A stretch of 64,000 bases of DNA from Candidatus Hadarchaeum sp. (GCF_038871235.1 NZ_JAVZIN010000006.1:1-64000), one strand, 5' to 3'. Shown: positions 8,910-19,019, counted from the stretch's first letter. Notes: a model not told the origin generated them from the letters alone. Program-made: numbers and translations.

Positions 8910-9607
8910 CCAAAGAATAAGGAGGCCAACTTGTCTGGTCTGTTTAAAATACTGTTATCGCCTCGATATTTTATCTCGCCTGCTGAAAGCACATAAACTC
9001 GATCACTTAACTTTGCTATGTCTCCTAAAACTTGCTCAACTGCAAGAAAACTATAGCCCTTTTTTTTCAACTGCTTTAATTCCTCTGCTATTAGACTTCG
9101 TTTACCTATATCCAGACCTAAGGAAGGTTCATCTAGTAAAATCAATTTAGCACCGGAAACAACAGCTCTGGCTATGTTCAGCATTTGTCTTTCTCCTCCG
9201 CTTAGAAAACCAGCTTTTTGTTTTTCTCTATCTTTTAATATTGGGAAAATTTCGTGAACTTTTTGAATATTCTGTTTAAATTCGGCTTTATTTTTCAAAT
9301 AACGCCCAGCAATTTCCAAATTTTCCCTTACAGTCATGTCAGGAAATACCATAGCGCCTTGGGGGACGTAGAAAATTCCTGATTTTATTATATTACTCGG
9401 ACTTAGCTTTTTTAAACTTTTTCCTTCAAAAATTATTTCACCTTCGTAAGGTTTTAATATGTTCATGATAGTTCTGAGAAGGGTAGTCTTACCCGCGCCG
9501 TTAGGGCCAATTACAAGCGTAAATTTGCCTCTTTCTGCTTTTAGGTTTATTCCATGAAGAACCTCGGAGCCTCCGTATCCGCTTCTGATGTTAGTAACTT
9601 CGAGCAC
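8906..9607 (-). CDS. livF: Branched-chain amino acid-type ABC transporter ATPase (LivF-like)
   Basis: GPNGAGKTT, YVPQG, LSGGERQM, LLDEPSLGL. Confidence 0.9.
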   Translation of the reverse strand: MLEVTNIRSGYGGSEVLHGINLKAERGKFTLVIGPNGAGKTTLLRTIMNILKPYEGEIIFEGKSLKKLSPSNIIKSGIFYVPQGAMVFPDMTVRENLEIAGRYLKNKAEFKQNIQKVHEIFPILKDREKQKAGFLSGGERQMLNIARAVVSGAKLILLDEPSLGLDIGKRSLIAEELKQLKKKGYSFLAVEQVLGDIAKLSDRVYVLSAGEIKYRGDNSILNRPDKLASLFFG

Positions 9608-10309
9608 CTAAAACCCCCTAAAGTAAACATCATGCAAAATTTTACTTGATTTTATCTCTCTTGGAGTTCCTTCTTCTACTTTCTTCCCTCCGTGAAGCAC
9701 ATACACATAGTCCGCTATAGAGAAGAGCTGATCTAGGTTATGTTCCACTACCAAAATAACTTTTCCGTACTGTTCATTAATATCCTTTATACAATTTAGC
9801 ATCTTTTCTATACTTTTTGAATCCAAACCGCCCAAAGGCTCATCTAACAAAAGTATCCAAGCATCCGTTGCCATGGCTCTCGCTAATTCCAACATTTTCT
9901 TTTGCCCATAACCTAAATCTGAAGCTAATCTGTTCTTCACTGCCATTAGGTCGAACATTTGCAACAATTCGTTAAGTTTCTTAGTGTTTTCTAGCGAAGG
10001 ATTGCTAACTAAGATATTGCTTTCTACAGATAATTTAGAAAACACTCTTGGAAACTGGAAAGTCCTGCCAACTCCCATCCGCGCGATCTCATGCGGTTTT
10101 AGCCCAATCGTGTTTTTACCTTTTATTTTGACTTGGCCTTCCTCTGGTTTAAGGAAACCGTTTATAACATTTAATAAGGTAGTTTTGCCAGACCCGTTCG
10201 GCCCTATTAAGCCAAATATTTTATTTTCTTTTATATCAATAGAAACTTTCGAAAGCGCGGTCACCCCAATGAATTTCTTTGTCACTGACTCTACATTTAT
10301 AATACTCAT
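9608..10309 (-). CDS. livG: Branched-chain amino acid-type ABC transporter ATPase (LivG-like)
   Basis: GLIGPNGSGKTT, GVGRTFQ, LGYGQKKMLELARA, LLDEP, VEHN. Confidence 0.9.
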   Translation of the reverse strand: MSIINVESVTKKFIGVTALSKVSIDIKENKIFGLIGPNGSGKTTLLNVINGFLKPEEGQVKIKGKNTIGLKPHEIARMGVGRTFQFPRVFSKLSVESNILVSNPSLENTKKLNELLQMFDLMAVKNRLASDLGYGQKKMLELARAMATDAWILLLDEPLGGLDSKSIEKMLNCIKDINEQYGKVILVVEHNLDQLFSIADYVYVLHGGKKVEEGTPREIKSSKILHDVYFRGF

Positions 10310-11268
10310 CCCCCCATTCGTTGTTTACCTAATGCTTTCTTAATGGCCCCGAGCATGCCAGCAGGATAAATTTTTAAAACCAATATTACTAGAACCCCGT
10401 AAATAATGTATGTCCAAGGCAAACCAATCTTTATTGGCAAATACCTCATCAAAATACTTATTATGACCGAGCCAAGGATGCACCCAGCCAATTCATTGCT
10501 CCCCCCAACGACAACCATTGCTATCGGCAGGAATGAATTAGGAATTGAAAATATTGTGTAGTCTGCATGAGAGGTATAGAGCGCAAAACAAGTTCCTCCC
10601 AATCCTGCAAAAAATGAACTCACAAAGAAAATTAACACTTTAAAGTAAGTAACGTTTATCCCAAGCGATTCTGAAGCTAACCCGTCTTCTTTAATTGCCT
10701 TCAGTTTTATACCAATTCTGGAATTCTCCACGAAGAATATTGTCAACGTGCAAATCAAAAATATTACAAACACGATTGCATAAACCTGACCTACAGCTAA
10801 AATCTGTGTGCCGATGGAGATGCCTTCTTCACCGACTTGTAACAACGATATCCAAAAAGCAACTTGAGAGGCAATCAAAATAGCAATCCCTTGATATGCC
10901 GGCCTCAATCTGATAGTTGTTAAGCCAACTGTTCCGCCTATCACGGCCGCTAATATGGGAGCTAAAATTAATGCAACTATAGGAGGAAAATTGAACTTGG
11001 ATAAAAAGATCATAAGACTAAAGGCACCTATTCCGAAAGGCAGGGCATGGCCCAAACTCAATTGCCCCGAATAGGTGTATAGGATGTACCAGCTTACACT
11101 AAGCACCAAGTAGGAAATTAAATACATAAAGGTATAACACAAATAGCTAAAACCTGTGAAAAAAGAGAATACAAAGATTATAGCCAACCCAAGAATTACG
11201 GATAAACTTAATTTCCCCTTATTTACATATGGTTTTAGCTTTTCAAACACGTTCAACCAGACCACCAA
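10306..11268 (-). CDS. livM: Branched-chain amino acid-type ABC permease (LivM-like)
   Basis: GQLSLGH, RLR..Y, AIKED..A.ESLGIN, MVVVGG; multiple TM helices. Confidence 0.88.
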   Translation of the reverse strand: MVVWLNVFEKLKPYVNKGKLSLSVILGLAIIFVFSFFTGFSYLCYTFMYLISYLVLSVSWYILYTYSGQLSLGHALPFGIGAFSLMIFLSKFNFPPIVALILAPILAAVIGGTVGLTTIRLRPAYQGIAILIASQVAFWISLLQVGEEGISIGTQILAVGQVYAIVFVIFLICTLTIFFVENSRIGIKLKAIKEDGLASESLGINVTYFKVLIFFVSSFFAGLGGTCFALYTSHADYTIFSIPNSFLPIAMVVVGGSNELAGCILGSVIISILMRYLPIKIGLPWTYIIYGVLVILVLKIYPAGMLGAIKKALGKQRMGG

Positions 11269-12133
11269 GTAATCCAGTAGGTTTGATTAGCAAAATACAA
11301 TACATCACTAATAACACTATCACAATTGCATATGCTTGAATAAAAAACAATCCAACAGAGTAAACGAGTCCAAATATTAGCCCTCCGATTAGACTCCCAA
11401 ATATATTTCCTATACCTCCCAAGGTAACTATCACAAAAGCTAACGGAAGCACGCTCCAACCGGCAGCCGAATTTACGCTGAAAACAGAAGCTAACAGTGC
11501 TCCACTAGCTGATGCAAGTGTGCAACCTATACCGAAAGTTATGCAAGCCAATAATCCGCCGCTAAGACCCAACGCCTCAGCTAGCTCCTGATTCTGAGCG
11601 AATGCATAAATTCCCTTTCCAAGCTTTGTGTATTTAAGAAATAGATAAAGTAAAAGGTAAATGAACAACGATACGATGGACACGAGAAGTAATTGATTAA
11701 TTATAAATACGCCTGGGATCACTTCTAGCGAACCTAGTACTATGCTTGGAACTGCTACGGAGCTACCCCCAAATACAAAGAGCAGTAAATATTCTGTTAT
11801 CGTCGCAAGAGCTAAAAAAGTTATCATTACCGTGTTTTGTCCATCTGGGTCTGTGGTCACCCTCAAATTAGTGGGGAGAACGTAATAAACTACCCCCGCC
11901 GCTATTGCAAAGGTCACTATGACCGTAAGCAATATAGAAATGAATAAGGGAAGATTAAAAAAATAAATAAAAGAAAAACAAAAAAAGCCACCTAGAATGT
12001 AGAATGCGCCGTGAGAAGTGTTTACTATTTTCATCACACCATAGATCAGAGAAAGCCCTGCCGCGATTAGACTTAATGTTAATCCGTAAGCTATGCCTGC
12101 AAGCAGAGACGAAATTAGTTCTGCAGAAATCAT
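11243..12133 (-). CDS. livH: Branched-chain amino acid-type ABC permease (LivH-like)
   Basis: LIAAGLSLIYGVMKIVN.SHG, TKLG, AFVIVTLGG.GN. Confidence 0.9.
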   Translation of the reverse strand: MISAELISSLLAGIAYGLTLSLIAAGLSLIYGVMKIVNTSHGAFYILGGFFCFSFIYFFNLPLFISILLTVIVTFAIAAGVVYYVLPTNLRVTTDPDGQNTVMITFLALATITEYLLLFVFGGSSVAVPSIVLGSLEVIPGVFIINQLLLVSIVSLFIYLLLYLFLKYTKLGKGIYAFAQNQELAEALGLSGGLLACITFGIGCTLASASGALLASVFSVNSAAGWSVLPLAFVIVTLGGIGNIFGSLIGGLIFGLVYSVGLFFIQAYAIVIVLLVMYCILLIKPTGLLGGLVERV

Positions 12134-13365
12134 TTTGCAAACACCGTCTCAGTGGCTGGATTAATTGGGCTAGTTTCAGCAATTGCTGGTGGCCAAACCA
12201 CTTTATATTTAATAGCTCCTCCCTCAACAAACACTTGGTAAATCGTGCCGCAGATATACTCTAATCCAACTTTTGGATTGTGATTGGATTCAAAAGCTCT
12301 TCTTCCTCCTACTCCAGACCAATCAGTTTTCATTAACGCAGCAGCTACAGCGTCTGGGTCCAGCGATCCAGCACTTTTTATGGCCTGAGCTAGCACCATC
12401 ACTCCATCATATGCATCAGCAGAATAGTGGTTGTAGTCTATCCCATACTTGCTCTTTAATTTATCCCCAAATGATCTCACAGCCGCCCTGTTAGTCATTG
12501 TTGACGTCACGCCCACGAAAACATAATTCATGCCTCCAGGCATTGCGGCCTCAACTGAGGATGCTTGCCTCGAATCAATCAGCAACGTTTCAAAGTGAAG
12601 AACAGGAATTTTTGAAGCTTCCTTATTCATCGAATACTGTTTCTGAAAGTCTATTCCATTGACACCCTCCATTATGACAACAGTTGCATCAGGTTTAACG
12701 GCCACTACTTGATTGATAGGGACTGTATAATCTGTAGCGGTGCCAGGATAGTAACCCTCGAACACGCATTGAATGCCTGTTTGGGATGCAAATTCTTTAG
12801 CGAAATTCCCCACCTCATGAGCATATTTATAATCTTCTGCTAAGTACGAGTATGTTTTGGCACCTATTAGTTTTAACCATTCCACTATAGCTCTCGCGTA
12901 ACCGCTGTCAGGTAGAGTTACTCTGAATAGATACGCGTTCTGCGGTGATACCATCAGCGCATCCATACTGGAAACTGTCAATATTTGGATAATCTTATTA
13001 GCACTTGTCAAAGGAAGTACAGCTGCAACGTCACCGCTCCAATAAGGCCCTATCAAAAATTTAACTTCTTCCTGTTGTACAAGCATTTGGGTAGCAGAAA
13101 TAGCCGTATCTGTACTTTGTCCTTCATCTTGGACTATTAGGCGTAATTGTTTTCCTAACACCCCGCCGCTCGCATTTAACTCTTCCACAGCTAATTGGGC
13201 ACCATTGACAGCCCATTTGCCAGCTTCGGCAAATGTCCCACTAATAGGGGCAACCATCCCAATAGGAATCTCACCTCTACTGGTAGTAATGAAGTAAAAT
13301 CCGATTGAAATCAGTGCAACGACAATGATAACTACTGTAATAACAACTTTGGTTTTCCCTTTCGT
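12130..13365 (-). CDS. Membrane-anchored LivK-type substrate-binding protein (apparent ACG start at 13365)
   Basis: IGMVAPISG..A..G....GA.LAVEE.N..GGVLG, IGP..S, AYDGV. The frame stays open upstream of the ORF-track ATG (13257) through KGKTKVVITVVIIVVALISIGFYF, a TM anchor. Confidence 0.85.
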   Translation of the reverse strand, partial: TKGKTKVVITVVIIVVALISIGFYFITTSRGEIPIGMVAPISGTFAEAGKWAVNGAQLAVEELNASGGVLGKQLRLIVQDEGQSTDTAISATQMLVQQEEVKFLIGPYWSGDVAAVLPLTSANKIIQILTVSSMDALMVSPQNAYLFRVTLPDSGYARAIVEWLKLIGAKTYSYLAEDYKYAHEVGNFAKEFASQTGIQCVFEGYYPGTATDYTVPINQVVAVKPDATVVIMEGVNGIDFQKQYSMNKEASKIPVLHFETLLIDSRQASSVEAAMPGGMNYVFVGVTSTMTNRAAVRSFGDKLKSKYGIDYNHYSADAYDGVMVLAQAIKSAGSLDPDAVAAALMKTDWSGVGGRRAFESNHNPKVGLEYICGTIYQVFVEGGAIKYKVVWPPAIAETSPINPATETVFAK

Positions 13366-13544
13366 TTTTAACCACCTCCAGATTTGTTTTATTAAGAATA
13401 ACTTAAAATAGTAGAGGTAAACATATTAAGGTCTTGCAACAACCCCTTAATAGTTAATATCTGTGGCACTTTTGGTCTACGAAACGATAAAAAAGAAAGA
13501 AATAGGAAATTTAAATATAAACTGCCAGCTCATGGTATTTTTGC

Positions 13545-14816
13545 TTAACAACACCAATCCGCCATTGTTAAAGCAATAGTTTTAACCGCGGTGATGACGT
13601 CTTCTATGCTAACCCATTCGTCGGTCGCGTGCATTTGCGCGGTTTTGCCCGGGCCGAAGATCACGGTCGGCGTCATCCCGTATTTGATGAGAAAGCGCGT
13701 GTCTGCAGCCCCCTCTCTCCCGCTCACCATCGCCTCTTTGCCGGTTACGTCTTTAAACGCGGTAGCCAAGGTTCTGCAGATGGGATGATCGGCCGGAATT
13801 TCAGCCGGCTCAGCAAAATATCCCTTAAACCTCACCTCAGGGGGATTATTTCTTAGCCAGGGGTCTGTTTTAGCCATATTTTGAACCTGTTCGACAAGCT
13901 GCTTTTTCGCCTCCTCAGAGTCTTCACCAGGCAGGGTTGCCATGCTTCCCCTGAGCACGCACCTATCGGCCAAAGAGCTGGGAAATTCACCCGCGTCAAA
14001 GACCCCAACCGAGCATGGTAGCGCCCCGCGATTGTCGGGATATAAAGGATGTTTCAGCTCGTTTATTCTTATTTTTTCAAGGTCAAGTATCGCCTGAGTA
14101 ACTTTGTAGCCTTTTTCAATGGCATCTACTCCCTCCCATCTCCTAGCTATTCCTGCCGGCTTACCCTTAACTATGATTTCAAACCAAATCCTGCCAATAC
14201 ATGCCGGCTGAATATTTAAATCACTACTCTCGCAGCAGATGCCGGCGTCGGCCCTATAGCCCTTCAGTACACATGCCAAAGTGCCGTGCCCGCTCCTCTC
14301 CTCGTCAACCACGTACTCCAGAATGATGTCGCCTTTAGGTCTTATCCCCGCTTTAAGCAGGCAATCTAAGGCCATTGTCATCGCAGCCAGACCGCTTTTC
14401 ATGTCGGAGGCCCCCCTGCCGTAAAGCCTGTCTCCCACTATCTCGCCACGCCACGGGTCGTGCTTCCATGCGCTTGGATTAGCAGGGATGACGTCGACAT
14501 GTCCGTTCAAAAGGAGAGATCTGCCACCGCGCCCTTTCAATACACCAACAACGTTAGGTCTGCCTTCATAACCTTGATCGACCTGCACGTAACCGGGATG
14601 TTTTTTCAGCTGCTCCCAATCAGGTTCCCAGACATCTATCTCTAGTCCCATTTCGCTGAGTCTACTCGCGATGAACTCCTGTATCCACTTTTCTTCACCA
14701 GTGACGCTTGGGAAAGAGATTAATTCCTGCAGAAAGGCAACTATTTCTTCCCTTCCCTGATCTATGGTGTCAAGGATTGCTTTTTTCATTTCTTCCTTAA
14801 CCAAACAATACACCAA
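13545..14816 (-). CDS. M20 family ArgE/DapE-like deacylase/amidohydrolase
   Basis: LNGHVDV, YGRGASDMK, VVDEE, CCES, H..DE.V; start may be MKKAIL at 14789. Confidence 0.9.
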   Translation of the reverse strand: MVYCLVKEEMKKAILDTIDQGREEIVAFLQELISFPSVTGEEKWIQEFIASRLSEMGLEIDVWEPDWEQLKKHPGYVQVDQGYEGRPNVVGVLKGRGGRSLLLNGHVDVIPANPSAWKHDPWRGEIVGDRLYGRGASDMKSGLAAMTMALDCLLKAGIRPKGDIILEYVVDEERSGHGTLACVLKGYRADAGICCESSDLNIQPACIGRIWFEIIVKGKPAGIARRWEGVDAIEKGYKVTQAILDLEKIRINELKHPLYPDNRGALPCSVGVFDAGEFPSSLADRCVLRGSMATLPGEDSEEAKKQLVEQVQNMAKTDPWLRNNPPEVRFKGYFAEPAEIPADHPICRTLATAFKDVTGKEAMVSGREGAADTRFLIKYGMTPTVIFGPGKTAQMHATDEWVSIEDVITAVKTIALTMADWCC

Positions 14817-14819
14817 GAT

Positions 14820-15980
14820 CTAAATAAGATCGATTGCCTCCACCGGACACCAAGCTTTGCAGAGGCCGCAGCCATCGCATAGCTCTTGGTTCGCTTTGGC
14901 GTTTCCTTCTACTACCTTAATTGCGTCATAGGAACAGACCCTCTCGCAGACACCACACCCAGTACACAGATCCTCATTCACGCTTGCATGCACGGGTTTT
15001 CTTTGCGCCAACTCTTCTACTGTAGTTAAATCTTTAAGCGCTATCCCTCTGAAGTCTTCAATTCTTTCGTAGCCCTTCCTCTCCATGAAAGATTTAAGAC
15101 CGTCAGCGAGTTCCTTAAAAACTCCCAGCCCTCTCCACATAACAGCGGTACAAACTTGCACAGTCGTGGCCCCAACCATGATGTATTCTACAACATCCCT
15201 CCAGCTTGAGATGCCACCTATACCGCAAACCGGTATCTTGGTAGCCCTAGCCGCTTGGGCAACACATCTAAGCGTTATGGGTCGAATAGCTGGTCCCGAG
15301 TATCCACCGAACGCGGGTAAAACAAGTTTTCCTGTTTCAACGTCAACGCCGTAGAGTCCTTGAACGGAGTTCGTGGCAGTTATTGCGTCAGCACCCGCTT
15401 GTTCCGCCGCTTTGGCTAGTTCAGGTATGTAAGCGAAGTTTGGCGAAAGTTTGATGCTCACTGGCAAACTTATAGCTTCTTTGACTGCTTTTATCTGCTC
15501 GGCTACAAGTTTTGGATCTCTGCCAATGTGCATCCCGACCTTTTCAACCGGCATCGGGCATGAAACGTTCACCTCTATCATCGATGCATAGCCGGTGTCG
15601 ACAACTTGTTTAGCAACCTTTGCTGTATTTGCGGGCTCAGGATCCGCCACTACACTCGCAATTATCGGAGCCCCGCCCTCAGCAGCTATCCTCAGCTCTT
15701 TTTCGATCCATTGCTCCAATGGTAGGGTTGAAAACAGCTCAAGGTTTATCATGCCTATCACTGTTTTGCCTACTTTTACAAGGGCCATCCTTCCCGTGCG
15801 GGGATGTTGCAGCCACCTCGCTGGCGGACCTATGGACTTTGGCACTAATCCACCTGCACCTGCCTTTGCGCACCTTTTAAGGTGCTCTCCATCCCATCCT
15901 GGCCCGCCCGAAGCCAGAATTATCGGGTTCGCAAGTTTCACCCCGGCAAAATCCACGCTTATGTCTGCCATGCAGTTCAC
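14820..15980 (-). CDS. preA: Dihydropyrimidine dehydrogenase PreA-like FMN enzyme with C-terminal 2x[4Fe-4S]
   Basis: NPIILASG, NLELFS, EVNVSCP, KLSPN, TNS, GGYSGPAIRPI, GIGGI, QVCTAVM; CTGCGVCERVC and CDGCGLCKAWC. Confidence 0.82.
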   Translation of the reverse strand: MNCMADISVDFAGVKLANPIILASGGPGWDGEHLKRCAKAGAGGLVPKSIGPPARWLQHPRTGRMALVKVGKTVIGMINLELFSTLPLEQWIEKELRIAAEGGAPIIASVVADPEPANTAKVAKQVVDTGYASMIEVNVSCPMPVEKVGMHIGRDPKLVAEQIKAVKEAISLPVSIKLSPNFAYIPELAKAAEQAGADAITATNSVQGLYGVDVETGKLVLPAFGGYSGPAIRPITLRCVAQAARATKIPVCGIGGISSWRDVVEYIMVGATTVQVCTAVMWRGLGVFKELADGLKSFMERKGYERIEDFRGIALKDLTTVEELAQRKPVHASVNEDLCTGCGVCERVCSYDAIKVVEGNAKANQELCDGCGLCKAWCPVEAIDLI

Positions 15981-16270
15981 TTACCTTTTCCTCCTGATGG
16001 TGGAAAGAGTATATAAACCACGTCATTTTCCTCAAGTTTTGCTTTGGGACCGGCTTCTTTTTCGTTTACAAGTATCTTTAGGTACGGGCTCAGTTGTTCT
16101 TTTTCATCGAGAATTGAGCGTTCAAATTTTTTTCCGTATTTTTTAATTAAGAGCTTTAAAAGCTCGTCTACGGTTCCCTCGCCATCTAGAACTATTTCCT
16201 CTTCCATCTTGCCTGTGATGTCTTTGAATGTTAGAAAATATTTTACCCTGACCTTCGGCATGTTCACCAT
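15977..16270 (-). CDS. MoaD/SAMP ubiquitin-like protein with C-terminal extension (PPSGG-KGK)
   Basis: V.VKYF..FKDITG...TV.ELL...ILVN...LEENDVV.I.PPSGG beta-grasp pattern. Confidence 0.85.
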   Translation of the reverse strand: MVNMPKVRVKYFLTFKDITGKMEEEIVLDGEGTVDELLKLLIKKYGKKFERSILDEKEQLSPYLKILVNEKEAGPKAKLEENDVVYILFPPSGGKGK

Positions 16271-16576
16271 CTACCCGAATAATTGGACGATGTCTCCGTC
16301 CTTTAGCTCCGTGTCCAAGCCCTTGAGCCACCAGCTCATCCTTCCGTTGACCAGAATTCTGACCGCCTTTTTACCCTCTGCCAGATCAGGTTCGTACCTT
16401 ACATCGCCTGTCTTTGGATCTATGAGGGCGTCTATTATCTTTTGCCCGTATCGCTTTCTCAGTTCCTCGATGAAGTCCCTAACGGTTGGCCTTTCTTTTT
16501 CTATCTCAATTATCTCCTTCCACTTGTTGGTGTACCTGTAGAACATAAGCAGATATCTCGCTTCTATTTTCACCAT
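16271..16576 (-). CDS. MoaD/ThiS-like beta-grasp protein lacking the terminal GG
   Basis: PTVRDFIEEL...ILVNGR....LKGLDTELKDGDIVQLFG*. Confidence 0.8.
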   Translation of the reverse strand: MVKIEARYLLMFYRYTNKWKEIIEIEKERPTVRDFIEELRKRYGQKIIDALIDPKTGDVRYEPDLAEGKKAVRILVNGRMSWWLKGLDTELKDGDIVQLFG

Positions 16577-16586
16577 ATTTATCCCC

Positions 16587-18482
16587 TCACTCCGCAAGTT
16601 TACCCATTTTTTTCAGTTCTCCAGCGACATCGGACAATCCCAGTTCCTCAAGTTTTCCTCTCGTGGGGAAGCCCGTTTCTAAATCCCAGCCCCTCAATCT
16701 GTAGTAGTCGTCAAGCATTGGCTTCAAATTCACCACATGGCCGGCCGAGGGCCCGCTTTTGAATGGCTCTTTGAGGAACCTTTCTGGCTGCGTGTCATCT
16801 TTCCTCGTGAGCCCTTCTCTGACGTTAAATGCCCTTTCCAAGTTGACTATCCTCTCACCGATCTTCAAGACACCAGCTCTGTCAATTCCCCAGCCCGTGA
16901 GCACGTTTATGAGCTTGGCCATAATCTCCGGAAGAAGCAGCGCAGTTCTGGTGATGTACTTACAAATGTCCAAGGAATCAACAATTGCTCTCATCTCCTC
17001 GTGGAACTTTACCACTGGGGCCGCATACTTAATGGAAAACCTGTCCGCAGCTTCCTCACTGCCGAACAGCTCCTTCGCCTTGCCCGGTAAAGAGTAACCA
17101 AGTGCTGCAAGTGCCCTTAAGTGGTCTCCTCCTCTGCTCGCAACGGCATATCCCAGACCACCGTAGGTCATCATGCCTCTTGGATCCACTGCAGGGGTAT
17201 CAAGACCTTTTATATGAATGGCGAACTTCTCTGATCCAGGGATTTTCTCCGACATTCTTTTTGTGCCTTCGGCGAGCAAATTTCCGAATTTCCCCTTTCT
17301 ATAAGCCATTCGCCACAATGCTTCGATTATTGCATCTGCGTTCCCCCACTCGAGGATTAGCCCCTCGGTGCTTTTTTCATCCAGAAGTCCCTTCTCCCAG
17401 CACTCCATAGCAAAACCAATCGTCGCACCAGATGAAATGGTGTCCATCCCTAGCTTATCGGCAAGTGTGGAAGCATAAACAACTGACTCCAAGTTGTAAT
17501 TGCCGCACCTTGAGCCATAGGCTGTAAGATTTTCATACTCGCAGCTTTCGCCCACGCATTTGTACGGACCGGAACCCACAGAATAAATCGCGCTGCAATG
17601 CAATGGACATGAAAAGCATGCGGAAACGTGTTTGACAACCTTTTCTAGGTAGACCTCTCCGTAAAGGGTGTTTTCAGTTTTTTGCACGTAGCCTTCTTTG
17701 CTGTTGTAGTGTGTCTGCGCCCCGAACTCATTGTAAATGGTCATTAGCCCAGGTGTTCCGTATTTTGCGTAGAGTTCGTAGAAAAGATCAGTTGAAATCA
17801 GGGCGTTCGCTTCTTTCCTAAATTCGAAGAGCCCCTCGGGATCCGCCACCTTGACGCCTTTGGTGCCTCTCACGGCTATCGCTTTTAGGTTTTTCGAGCC
17901 CATCACCGCACCCATACCAGTCCTGCCCGCCGCTCTAGTTTTTTCATTCATCACGCAGGCGCATCTGACTAGGTTCTCACCAGCTGGACCGATGCAGGCG
18001 ACTTTTATTTCAGGATCACCAAGATCCTCAATTATCATGTCCTCGGTTTCCCAGGTGTCTTTCCCCCACAGCCGAGTCGCATCCCTAAATTCGACATCGT
18101 CATCGTCTATCCAGAGATAAACTGGCTTTTCCGCCCTGCCGTAGAAAACGAGGTTGCCGTAACCAGCGTACCTCAGATCAGCGGCCCAGTGACCGCCTGA
18201 GTTCGCGTCCCCGAAAAATCCGGTCAGTGGAGATTTCGCCGAGACATTGTACCTACCGGAGGCAGGCGCCAAGGTACCGTTTGCTGGGCCAATGCCAAAG
18301 ACGAGTATATTTTCCGGGCTGAGCGGATCCACCCCGGCTTTTAGTTCGTCCCATAAGATTTTGGCATTTGCCCCTCTTCCTCCCAAGTAATTTCTGGCGA
18401 GTTCATCAGGCAAGTGTTGCTTAACAACCTTCTTTCTTGTTAGGTCGACTCTTAGAATGTTTTCCGGGACAGCATACCTCAA
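16587..18482 (-). CDS. Aldehyde:ferredoxin oxidoreductase family (AOR/WOR, tungstopterin) large subunit
   Basis: ILRVDL, YLGGRG, KSPLTG...ANSGG, IGPAGENLV, AGRTGMGAVMGSKNLKA, CFSCPLHC, EYE, GMDTIS, DSLDIC, YY.LRGWD...G.PT. TTG start overlaps the upstream TGA. Confidence 0.93.
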   Translation of the reverse strand: MRYAVPENILRVDLTRKKVVKQHLPDELARNYLGGRGANAKILWDELKAGVDPLSPENILVFGIGPANGTLAPASGRYNVSAKSPLTGFFGDANSGGHWAADLRYAGYGNLVFYGRAEKPVYLWIDDDDVEFRDATRLWGKDTWETEDMIIEDLGDPEIKVACIGPAGENLVRCACVMNEKTRAAGRTGMGAVMGSKNLKAIAVRGTKGVKVADPEGLFEFRKEANALISTDLFYELYAKYGTPGLMTIYNEFGAQTHYNSKEGYVQKTENTLYGEVYLEKVVKHVSACFSCPLHCSAIYSVGSGPYKCVGESCEYENLTAYGSRCGNYNLESVVYASTLADKLGMDTISSGATIGFAMECWEKGLLDEKSTEGLILEWGNADAIIEALWRMAYRKGKFGNLLAEGTKRMSEKIPGSEKFAIHIKGLDTPAVDPRGMMTYGGLGYAVASRGGDHLRALAALGYSLPGKAKELFGSEEAADRFSIKYAAPVVKFHEEMRAIVDSLDICKYITRTALLLPEIMAKLINVLTGWGIDRAGVLKIGERIVNLERAFNVREGLTRKDDTQPERFLKEPFKSGPSAGHVVNLKPMLDDYYRLRGWDLETGFPTRGKLEELGLSDVAGELKKMGKLAE

Positions 18483-18976
18483 ATAATCCCCTCCACCTCT
18501 TTTTCCTTCAGATAAGAGCATGCTACCTTTTCCGCGTGGGCAAGTCTCTTATGTCCCTCAACCTTTTCAAATGGCAATAACTGAATCGCCTTGTCTATGC
18601 AGTACTCAACGCACTTTGGATTGCCTCCGCACAGATCGCATTTTATAACCTGCTTTGTATCAGGGTCGCGCGTTATGGCCCCAAACGGGCACGCTCGGGC
18701 ACATTCGCCGCATCCGATGCATTTTTCGTAATCTATGAGCACCGCCCAGGTCTTCTCGTCCCTGTAAATAGCATCAACAGGACATACCTTTGCGCAGGGC
18801 ATGTTGGTACACTGCAAGCAGTGGACCGGAACAAAAACCCCCTCCATCTTCCTCCTTACTACCTTTATTCTGGATTTGAGGGGGTTGAACTCACCCGCGT
18901 GAGCAAGGGAGCACGCCATCTCACAAGTTCTGCATCCGCTACATTTGTCAAGGTCGACTCGTAGTAGTCCTTTCAT
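18479..18976 (-). CDS. 4Fe-4S multicluster (polyferredoxin) subunit of the AOR
   Basis: CSGCRTCEMAC, CLQC...PCAKVCP, CIGCGECARACP, KCDLC....CVEYC. Confidence 0.92.
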   Translation of the reverse strand: MKGLLRVDLDKCSGCRTCEMACSLAHAGEFNPLKSRIKVVRRKMEGVFVPVHCLQCTNMPCAKVCPVDAIYRDEKTWAVLIDYEKCIGCGECARACPFGAITRDPDTKQVIKCDLCGGNPKCVEYCIDKAIQLLPFEKVEGHKRLAHAEKVACSYLKEKEVEGII

Positions 18977-19019
18977 TTTATCAATATGTAGTGCTTCAGA
19001 TAATACAAAAAACTTTAAA

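Noticed and set aside
16268-16273. In-frame TAG-ATG between the two Ubl genes as pyrrolysine or amber readthrough
   Set aside because: The same abutting arrangement occurs at livG/livF (9607-9608), B3B4/HAD (36641-36642) and padR/ABC (39062-39063), so it looks like ordinary tight gene packing. No pyl genes are in the window, and MtaB does not use Pyl.
18983-18993. 11-nt match (AATATGTAGTG) to the padR operator region upstream of the ferredoxin gene
   Set aside because: Only one half-site is present; could be chance.
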